Source: Chiloscyllium plagiosum
Taxonomy: Eukaryota
Direction of reading: 5' to 3'
Assembly: GCF_004010195.1 (NCBI RefSeq)
Contig: NC_057718.1
Coordinates: 94,364,617-94,397,246 of the forward strand
Length of the DNA stretch: 32,630 nucleotides
Each line of letters begins with the position of its first letter. Within the stretch, counting starts at the first letter, position 1. Below are positions 24,808 to 32,630 of the stretch, piece by piece. The notes under the pieces are model-generated. The model was not told the origin of the DNA, did not search any database, and saw only the letters and a program-made list of their open reading frames with translations. The position numbers and the translations under genes are program-made.

Positions 24808-25516
24808 GCTGCCTCTCTACTCAGTCTGGCTGGACCAAGGAGGGGAGGGAGGACTGACAAGTGTAAAGTTGGGTTGTGCGGGGAGGGGACAAGGAGAGAG
24901 AGGACAGACAGAAACAGAAAGCGACGAGGGATACAGGTAGACAGAAAGACGGAGCGGGGGCATAAACAGAGAGAAAAGAAAAATGCGGAACTGACAAAAA
25001 AAGGGAGAGGCGGACTGGGCGAAATAGGCTAATTGACAAGAGAAAGCAAAGCCGGGGTGGGGGATTGACAGAAGGAAAGGGGTAGACAGAAAATAAAGAA
25101 GGGAAGGGGAAGCGAAAGGTCAAGTGATAGACAGGAGAGATAGACAGATAGAGGGAGGATAGAGAGACAGGAAAGATAGAGGAGGGAATAGATAGAGAGA
25201 TAGGAGAGATAGATAGAGGGGGGATAGATAGAGAGACATGATAGATAGACAGAGGAGATAGACAAAGAAGGCAGGAGGGACAGATAGAGAGAGGGAGACC
25301 GAGAAGAGACGGCAGGAATAGCCAGATAGAGAGTTCGACAGCGAAGAAACAGGAAGGATAGACAGAAACAGACAGAGAAGAGAGAGGAAGAATTAGACGA
25401 GGAAGAGAGGGCGACGGTCATAAGGAAAAGAGAGGGATAGTCAGAAAGACGGGGATGGACAGAATAGATCGAGGCGAGTTAGAAAAAGAGACCGGGATAG
25501 TCAGAGAAGAGAGGAG
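24717..25516 (+). repeat. Purine-rich low-complexity tract (GA/GATA/GACA-type degenerate microsatellite)
   Basis: About 800 bp strongly A/G-biased on +, most extreme at 25130-25400 (GATAGAGAGA, GACAGA units). Confidence 0.85.
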
Positions 25517-25714
25517 ATACTTGTGAAGTTTTTTTTTCGATAAAGAGCAGCATTTCTTTGGACAGGGATGAACCTGCAGCTACCTGCCGAGCCCGAGCGG
25601 GCCTCCGCCGGGGAACATACTTGTGAAGTTTTTTTCGATAAAGAGCAGCATTTCTTTGGACAGGGATGAACCTGCAGCTACCTGCCGCGCCCGAGCGGGC
25701 CTCCTCCGGGGAAC
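25517..25714 (+). repeat. Tandem duplication (100 bp + 98 bp) spanning the putative splice acceptor and the receptor start codon
   Basis: ATACTTGTGAAG(T)nCGATAAAGAGCAGCATTTCTTTGGACAGGGATGAACCTGCAGCTACC...GGGGAAC at 25517-25616 and 25617-25714. The copies differ by T9 vs T7 and two substitutions. Confidence 0.95.
25568..25669 (+). other. Upstream ORF (33 aa) whose TGA overlaps the receptor ATG (ATGA)
   Basis: Manual translation from the duplicated ATG at 25568 gives [36 protein letters not shown] is at 25667-25669 and the main ATG at 25666-25668. Confidence 0.6.
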
Positions 25715-26310
25715 ACTCGGGGAATGAGTCGGGCGCCTGGGCTCCGACGGGTCGTCCGTCCAACTGGAGCGGCGGAGGTTGGCCGGAGGGGGCGGCGGAC
25801 GAGGACGTGAGGATGGTGGTGATCCAGTTCGTGTACGCGCTGGTGTGCCTGGTGGGGCTGGCGGGCAACGCCATGGTCATCTTTGTCATCCTGAGGTACG
25901 CCAAGATGAAGACGGCGACCAACATCTACCTGCTCAACCTGGCGCTGGCCGACGAGCTCTTCATGCTCAGCGTCCCGTTCGTGGCGGCGGCGGCGGCCCT
26001 CGACCGCTGGCCCTTCGGCCCGCTCATGTGCCGGGCGGTGCTGAGCGTGGACGGACTCAACCAGTTCACCAGCGTCTTCGGCTTGACCGTGCTCAGCGCC
26101 GACCGCTACGTGGCCGTGGTGCACCCCATCAAGGCGGCCCGTTACCGGCGCCCCAGCGTCGCCCGGCTCGTGAACCTGGGCGTCTGGCTGCTCTCGCTGC
26201 TGGTCATCCTGCCCATCGTGGTGTTCGCCGGCACCGCGCCCGTCGGTGGCGGCAGCGATTCCGCCGTCAATCCCGGCGTCAACCTGGCCCCTGGTTCCGC
26301 CGGGGGCTCC
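25580..26310. promoter_or_regulatory. CpG island over the 5' half of the receptor CDS
   Basis: Very high GC and CpG density compared with the CpG-poor, AT-rich remainder of the window. Confidence 0.75.
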
Positions 26311-27441
26311 GCTCTAAAGGTGGGCATCAGTTCCGGTGTAGGCTTCAGTGTAAGTCCCGGCGTAAATATGGGCGCTAATTCCAGTGTAATTCCTGCTGTA
26401 AGTTTGGGCATCAATTCCAGAGTAGGATCCAGTGTAAATCCCAGTGTAAGTGTGAATGGAGGATCCAGTGTAAATCCCAGTGTAAGTGTGGGTGTAGGTT
26501 CCAGTGTAAATCCCAGTGTAAGTGTGGGTGTAGGTTCCAGTGTAATTCCCAGTGTAAGTGTGAATGGAGGATCCAGTGTAAATCCCAGTGTAAGTGTGGG
26601 TGTAGGTTCCAGTGTAAATCCCAGTGTAAGTGTGAATGGAGGATCCAGTGTAAATCCCAGTGTAAGTGTGGGTAAAGGATCCAGTGTAAATCCCAGTGTA
26701 AGTGTAGGTGTAGGTTCCAGTGTAAATCCCAGTGTAAGTGTGAATGGAGGATCCAGTGTAAATCCCAGTGTAAGTGTGAGTGTAGGTTCCAGTGTAAATC
26801 CCAGTGTAAGTGTGGGTAAAAGATCCAGTGTAAATCCCAGTGTAAGTGTGGGTGTAGATCCCAGTGTTGATTCCAACGGCAAGGTGATGTGCGCGTTTCT
26901 CTGGCCGCAGCCAGCCTGGTCAGTGGCATTTGTCGTCTACACCTTCCTGCTGGGCTTCCTGTTGCCTGTGCTGGCCATCAGCCTATGCTACCTGCTCATC
27001 ATTCTGCAGACCCGGGCGGTGGCCCTCAAAGCCGGCTGGCAGCAGCGCCGGCGCTCCGAGCGCAAGCTCACCCGCCTGGTGCTGACAGTGGTCGCTGTCT
27101 TCGTGGTCTGCTGGCTGCCTTTCTACGCCGTGCACCTGGCTGGTGTCTTCCTGGCCCAGCGCAACACCACTGTTAACCACCTCTGTGTGATCCTCAGCTA
27201 CGCCAACAGCTGTGCCAACCCCATCCTCTACGGCTTCCTGTCCGACAACTTCAGGCGCTCCTTTCAGCGGATCCTGTGCTTCCGTTGGCTGGAGAATGAC
27301 ACCGAGGAGCCGGTTGACTATTGCTCCACTGCTCTCAAGAGCAAAGTGGGCAGCCCATTGGAGTTCCAGCCTGCTGAGGACATTGCCTCTGAGTCTGTTT
27401 ATAGAAATGGTACTTGCACATCAAGAACAACCACCTTGTGA
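25666..27441 (+). CDS. SSTR4: Somatostatin receptor type 4-like class A GPCR (SSTR1/4/6 clade), uninterrupted ORF, with ~209-aa repeat insertion in ECL2
   Basis: 591-aa ORF with 7 TM helices and motifs GN(TM1), NLALAD(TM2), C3.25, D3.32, DRY, CWLP, NPILY. SSTR-specific strings: [33 protein letters not shown]-terminal TTTL. Diagnostic segments ([66 protein letters not shown]) match recalled SSTR4 better than SSTR1, although the C-tail (RNGTCTSR) is SSTR1-like. Confidence 0.88.
   Translation: MNLQLPAAPERASSGEHSGNESGAWAPTGRPSNWSGGGWPEGAADEDVRMVVIQFVYALVCLVGLAGNAMVIFVILRYAKMKTATNIYLLNLALADELFMLSVPFVAAAAALDRWPFGPLMCRAVLSVDGLNQFTSVFGLTVLSADRYVAVVHPIKAARYRRPSVARLVNLGVWLLSLLVILPIVVFAGTAPVGGGSDSAVNPGVNLAPGSAGGSALKVGISSGVGFSVSPGVNMGANSSVIPAVSLGINSRVGSSVNPSVSVNGGSSVNPSVSVGVGSSVNPSVSVGVGSSVIPSVSVNGGSSVNPSVSVGVGSSVNPSVSVNGGSSVNPSVSVGKGSSVNPSVSVGVGSSVNPSVSVNGGSSVNPSVSVSVGSSVNPSVSVGKRSSVNPSVSVGVDPSVDSNGKVMCAFLWPQPAWSVAFVVYTFLLGFLLPVLAISLCYLLIILQTRAVALKAGWQQRRRSERKLTRLVLTVVAVFVVCWLPFYAVHLAGVFLAQRNTTVNHLCVILSYANSCANPILYGFLSDNFRRSFQRILCFRWLENDTEEPVDYCSTALKSKVGSPLEFQPAEDIASESVYRNGTCTSRTTTL
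26425..26856 (+). repeat. Coding minisatellite: 12 x 36 bp ([12 protein letters not shown]), with degenerate units upstream from ~26257
   Basis: Unit GGWTCCAGTGTAAATCCCAGTGTAAGTGTG(AATGGA/GGTGTA/GGTAAA). Unit 1 starts at 26425 and unit 12 at 26821, giving an exact 36-nt period with no indels. Confidence 0.97.
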
Positions 27442-28579
27442 ATTCAGACACAAGGACCTCTTGACAGTTTTCCAGGTCAAATCTATTTTACTAAAGGTTA
27501 TTCGCTTTTGATGATGTTGTCAGTTCGACCATTTGTTATAAGCCAGTTTCATGAGGGATTTATGATGGTGAGTGTCCATTAGACACAAATGTGTGCCCTT
27601 GTAACTTACCTGGTGAATCTCTCTCTCTCTCTCTTTACTGTGTGTCCCCATCCCTCGCTATTCACTGAGAGGAGCTGGGGTAAAAGAGAAAGAGCAGAAA
27701 GTGCTGGAGAAATTCAGCAGTGTTCTGACAGTATGTATGAGAGGAGAAAAACAGAGGGAGGTTTGGCCTTAATGACATTTAACTCGGCTCAGATGCTGAC
27801 AGCTTGCGGAGGTTCTCCAGCATATTATGTATTGTTTTTAAAAATAATTTCAGACATCCAGTATGCATGGTCTTTTTAAATATATGCTTTTATATTAACA
27901 TGGGCTGCATTGACAACCTCTGTTTTTCCACCTGTAAGGGAATTTGCCCAGGGTGGTCCATCCATCAAACTTTACAGAGGTCTGAAGGTCCATTCTGTAA
28001 CCTGATTTTTAGACCGTGTCAAATAAGTAGCTGGGATCACACTATTTGGCCCAGCACCCAATATTTATTATAGCACTAATCCTTTGCTCAAGGTGTGGGG
28101 GAAATGACAGAATGCATTGTACTATTTTAGCAGAAAACCCAGAATATAAACTCCCACACAAGATCAGAATAGTAATTGTTGCAACAACAGTTTGTTGGGT
28201 TGTGTTAAGAAAGTGACTGCCAATGTTTGAACTATATCCATATCAACATTTGCTTAAAAGGCAGGGGATGCTATCCAAATGTGTAATTGCTCCCCCAACC
28301 ACATTCACAGTCTGTATTATTTTCCCAATCATGTCTTTGCAAGTATAATGCTGCTAGGTATTCAAAGATTGTGGGCTATAAATTTCAATTAGTCTCACCT
28401 TTAAAATGGTAACTACAGACTGCACAGTCACTGTGTGTCAGTGATATTCTGATATTCAATTTACAGAGTTGAGTGGGCAATGCTGCGGGCTGACAGCTTT
28501 ATAACATTAAAGTGTCTCCACTCAAATAGAACAAAAAAAGATGCAAGGTCATAAAGTATAGCCATGTCTCAAAGGCTTA

Positions 28580-28820
28580 TTTTTCACACTTGTGGGATGG
28601 TCAATCTTTGGAATTCTTTACTCCAGAGGGCTGTTGAACCTCAGTCATTGAGTATATTACAGATGGAGATCGATACATGTCTCGAGATTAAAAGCATTAA
28701 GAGATATAGGAAGTGTGGAAAAATGGTATTGAGACAGAAGGTCAGTCCTGACCCAATTGAATGGTGGAGCAGGCTTGATGGGCCAAATGACCTACTTCTG
28801 CTCCTCTGTTCCTATGGATT
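28580..28820 (+). mobile_element. Degenerate CR1 3' fragment
   Basis: MVNLWNSLLQRAVE motif and tail GAATGGTGGAGCAGGCTTGATGGGCCAAATGACCTACTTCTGCTCCT. Confidence 0.75.
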
Positions 28821-29930
28821 AGATTAAAGATGTGTACAGGTACATAGTTTAGAAATTGTGCTATTCAAGTTGATAGTTAAAATAAGGTTAATATGGAGCT
28901 AATGAACTAAGGTAACATCTGATATGAACACACATCAGGTAAGAAAGAATGGAAACATTAATTCTTTCACTCAGACCTGTAAAGATAATTCTCTCATCCA
29001 CAAAATGAACTGTGGAAAGAAAAATGCACTATTCAGCTTAAAAGCACACTTGTAGCTACCAAAAATAGAATCTTAATATTCAACTTATTGCTAATCATAA
29101 AGAGAATCATTGTACCCCCTTAAACAAAGTTACATTTAAAAATGAAGATTCAGATTATATCTTCAGTGGCACACTGAACTGCTTTTCTTTTAATGCTGTT
29201 GTAGAAGCAGCTAATTTATCCATATTCAGAAGACCTTCAGCACATCACAAAATGCTTTATAACCAAGAAAGAGCTTTGAAAAATATAGTCTCTGTTGCAG
29301 GGAACTGCAACAATTACATCATTAAATAAATGACAGGTGATCTGACTTTAGGTGTTGTTTGACAGGTACATATTGGAGAGACACCTCCAGATTTTCTTCA
29401 AAAAGCTTAATGGGAAATGAACACTCACTAGAGAGAACAAACTACATCTTTGTTCAGCCATTCAGCGTATTTCTGCTGTGCTCACAGAAGTGTCAGCCTT
29501 AAATATCTTGCAAATCAAAAGGGTCTTGAACTTCTGACCTTTTAATGTGGATGTGAGAACACTGGGCTAAGGCTGAACCTGAGCTTGGCTTTTTCTTTAC
29601 CACCACCAAATCGTTGATGTTACCAATTCAAAGATCAATTTGCAAACACAGCCCACCGGGGCAGTGCAACAACAACAAAAGTGAGGGCACGACAGGGAGA
29701 GAAAGAGAAAGAAGGGACTAAATTAAAAGAAGGCACTTCATCCTCCACTGTGTCCATCTCTCTTTAAAGGCTTTGAGGGTGTTGATAGACACCAAGGCCC
29801 CGTCTTCAAGGATAGCTGGGTGTGAAGATAGCCATGGAAGAGCGGCAGACAGTTGGAGTTGGCCTATTTAATGAAAGAATTAGTTATTCAATAATAAAAT
29901 TGAACTTTCTGGACCCTTAAGATATTTAAA

Positions 29931-30225
29931 CAATAGACAATAGGTGCAGAGTAGGCCATTTGGCCCTTCAAACCAGCACCACCATTCATTATGATCATGG
30001 CTGATCATCCACAAACAGTATCCTGTTCCTGCCTTATCCCCATAACCCTTGATTCCACTATCTTTAAGAGCTCTATCCATCTCTTTCTTGAAAGTATCCA
30101 GAGACTTGGCCTCCACTGCCTTCTGGGGCAGAGCATTCCATACACCCACCACTCTCTGGGTGAAGACGTTTCTCCTCATCTCTGTTCCAAATGGCCTACC
30201 CCTTATTTTTAAACTGTGTCCTTTC
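29931..30225 (-). mobile_element. CR1 3' fragment
   Basis: MRRNVFTQRVVGVWNALPQKAVEAKSLDTFKKEMD and tail CAATAGACAATAG. Confidence 0.85.
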
Positions 30226-30469
30226 TTAAGGATGTGAGTGTACAGTCTTAGAATATAAATTCGGAGGAGAGAGTTCTAAATTTTTCTTCCATTTTCTAGA
30301 AGATTAAGAGAGACATGCAGATTAGTTGGGTAACAGAAGTAAATAGATTTTTAAGTATGCTTGACAATATCCATTATTTTAAGCTGCCTGATTCACCAAA
30401 TAGGGAATTAATTAGTTGTGTTTATATAATGCAACACTTCACCAGCTGGTGAGTATTAATTGGCATAGA

Positions 30470-30875
30470 TGCCTCAGTGGGTAGGATATTCACCTTTCAG
30501 TCAGACAGTGTGGGCTCAAGTTCCACTACAGAGGTTTGAGTGTAAAAGTCTGTGCTGCTGCTCTGGTCCAGTACATAAAAAGTGGTGGAGATATTCTTTT
30601 TCAGATAAATTAAGGCCCAGGTGCACATAAAAGCTTAAAGAAGAGGAAAGGAGGTATCCCTGACATTCTAGGTAATGTTTATCCTTCAGTCATCAGCAAC
30701 AAAACAGATTGTCTGGCCACTATCTCTTGTCTTTTTATCTGACCTAGCTGTGTGCAAATTGATTGCCATATTTCCTACATATAAAAGCCACCATACTTCA
30801 AAAGTACTGAACTGATCATAAAGCACTTTGGGATGTTTATGGTTACGAAGGTTAATATATAAATGAAAGTCTTTA
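30470..30875 (+). mobile_element. Deu-domain SINE (SacSINE1-like); decayed relative at ~29200-29580 (-)
   Basis: GCCTCAGTGGGTAG/GGGCTCAAGT boxes, GCTGTGTGCAAATTG.TTGCC motif and tail AAAGCACTTTGGGATG...TATATAAATGAAAG. Confidence 0.6.
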
Positions 30876-31644
30876 TGTATTGACTTGTTACACATAGGTT
30901 CCATTAGTTTGTATATTTTTCTCAAAACACTCACCTTTGTTAACCAACAGAGCTAAACTGCAAATTTGCACGTTCTAAAGTTGTGCCTTTGAGCATATGT
31001 TAAGTTGTGTCTGTTTCTAACTCAGTGGTTACTTTGTTTGATCATTTTCCTGTTGTATTTGGAAACATGAGATAATAATTATTTGAATGTGTTAAGATTG
31101 TGACTCTGATTTCAGTATTTGTATTTAAATATGACACAATTGTTGCATTTATATGGGAAAGTGGCATTACTTGCGTTCTTGATGTTTATGTCATACTGTT
31201 CATACTGTGTATGTGCCTCAAGTAAATGTATTAGTAAATCTTGATTAATTTAAAAGTTACTTTGAAAATAAATGCAGCCATTCTTTCTAAATTCCTCTGT
31301 GCTCCCTCATTTCATAAGATTCAATAAAACTTAAACATTATTTATTTTGGAATCTGTCTTGTAAAAGATCCTGAAGGACAATATGTCCTGCAGATTATTC
31401 ATCTATATAATGTATTCTGTTTGACAATCATCAAACAAAATAAAAGATGGCTGCAGGAACTGTCTTAATTTCTCTTTCCTTTCTGACTATGGTCTATTTG
31501 GTATTCAACAACAAAAAATAACATCGAAGAATAATAGGGAAAATTCATATACTCTTTAAAAAGGCACTAACTATGAGATCAGAGTCAAGATTAGAATGGT
31601 GCTAGAAAAGCACAGCAAGTCAGGCAGCATTCGAGGAGCAGGAA

Positions 31645-31680
31645 AATTGACGTTTCAGGCAAAAGCCCTTCATCAGGAAT
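31645..31680 (-). ncRNA. Minimal type I hammerhead ribozyme motif (PLE-associated), best-preserved core
   Basis: Minus strand reads AUUC-CUGAUGA-A-GGGC-UUUU-GCCU-GAAAC-GUC-AAUU: both conserved boxes, a stem II hairpin and a palindromic ACGU stem III. The stem I first pair is mismatched. Confidence 0.65.
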
Positions 31681-31714
31681 CATGATGAAGGGCTTTTGCC
31701 CGAAACGTCGATTT
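31677..31714 (+). ncRNA. Minimal hammerhead ribozyme motif (C3>A core change)
   Basis: GAAUC-AUGAUGA-A-GGGC-UUUU-GCCC-GAAAC-GUC-GAUUU, with stem I AAUC/GAUU and a perfect stem II. Confidence 0.55.
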
Positions 31715-32098
31715 TCCTGCTCCTCGGATGCTGCCTGACCTGCTGTGCTTTTCCAGCACCACTCTAATCTTGACTCTGATCTGCAGCATCAGCAATCCTC
31801 ACTTTCGACTAACTATGAGATCGACAATCTAGCCATCTCCCAACAGGTTCCTTATGTTCTGTCAAAAGTATGAAAATGAAGATGCTCTGTTGCTGTCTGT
31901 ACTTCTAATACTGTATGGTATAATCTTAATGAGTGGAGTTGCAATTTTTCAGAATGTTGGTTGACACACTTAGAATCAGTCTCTTCTATATTAAAAGGTT
32001 GTGAATGCGACACTCCACCAGTGATTGGAAGATATACCAAACTGACACTTTTGTGCAGTACCAAGAAACACTGCATTATCAGAGGGACTGTATTGTTG

Positions 32099-32630
32099 AA
32101 GAGGAGAGTATGAAACGGACTGGTAAGCTAGAGGAGATACTTGTTAGGAAGGAAGATGTGTTGGGCATTTTGAAAAACCTGAGGATAGACAAGTCCCCCG
32201 GACCTGACGGGATATATCGTCGGATTATGTGGGAAGCAAGAGGAGAGTATGAAACGGACTGGTAAGCTAGAGGAGATACTTGTTAGGAAGGAAGATGTGT
32301 TGGGCATTTTGAAAAACCTGAGGATAGACAAGTCCCCCGGACCTGACGGGATATATCGTCGGATTATGTGGGAAGCAAGAGAAGAAATTGCAGAGCCGTT
32401 GGCAATGATCTTTTTGTCTTCACTGTCAACGGGGGTGGTACCAGGGGACTGGAGAGTGGCGAATGTTGTGCCCCTGTTCAAAAAAGGGAATAGGGATAAC
32501 CCTGGGAATTACAGGCCAGTTAGTCTTACTTCGGTGGCAGGCAAAGTAATGGAAAGGGTACTGAGGGATAGGATTTATGAGTATCTGGAAAGAAACTGCT
32601 TGATTAGGGACAGCCAGCACAGATTTGTGA
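32099..32630 (+). mobile_element. CR1 LINE RT N-terminal fragment (runs off window) with 139-bp tandem duplication
   Basis: DKSPGPDGIY, VPGDWRVANVVPLFKKG.R..PGNYRPVSLTS motifs; 32099-32237 is repeated at 32238-32376. Confidence 0.9.

Larger units (their letters stand above)
31566..31822. mobile_element. Penelope-like pLTR fold-back insertion with 15-bp target duplication
   Basis: ~100-bp inverted arms at 31576-31675 / 31683-31782; direct repeat ACTAACTATGAGATC at 31566-31580 and 31808-31822. Confidence 0.9.

Noticed and set aside
24821..25421. Leu/Ser-rich minus-strand ORFs
   Set aside because: Translations of the low-complexity pyrimidine strand.
25479..26378. Overlapping 148-199 aa ORFs in other frames
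   Set aside because: Expected in very GC-rich coding DNA; no recognisable motifs.
26425..26856. CRISPR-like regular 36-bp periodicity
   Set aside because: Head-to-tail units with no unique spacers, no cas genes, and a vertebrate context; it is a coding minisatellite.
26142..26929. Antisense ORFs (246 aa TLTLGFTL.. and 172 aa HLHWDLHW..)
   Set aside because: Shadows of the stop-poor repeat on the opposite strand of the receptor CDS; no independent evidence.
31267..31328. AATAAA pair as the receptor polyadenylation site (~3.9-kb 3' UTR)
   Set aside because: Plausible, but other AATAAA hexamers lie upstream in AT-rich DNA; it cannot be assigned without 3'-end data.

Overview
Vertebrate genomic DNA, very probably from a shark or other elasmobranch (HE1-type V-SINEs, CR1 LINEs, Deu-domain SINEs, Penelope-like elements), with one 76-N assembly gap. 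The only host protein-coding gene I can support is an uninterrupted somatostatin-receptor ORF (25666-27441, +). Its TM helices match SSTR4 best within the SSTR1/4/6 clade. The receptor is 591 aa rather than about 385 aa because about 209 aa of Ser/Val/Gly/Pro/Asn-rich sequence, including 12 tandem 36-bp (12-aa) units, is inserted in frame into extracellular loop 2. It also has unusual pocket residues (Gln3.36, His6.55). A ~100-bp tandem duplication of the putative splice acceptor and start codon creates a 33-aa uORF whose stop overlaps the true ATG. The rest is mostly transposon debris: a 2.7-kb decayed CR1, Rex-Babar and other LINE fragments, nested SINEs, a solo LTR, Myb/SANT (Harbinger-type) remnants, and several Penelope-like pLTR fold-backs carrying minimal hammerhead-ribozyme motifs. 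One of these is part of a near-perfect 218-bp inverted duplication. Repeat boundaries are read by eye and approximate; family names come from recalled consensus motifs, not from database searches.
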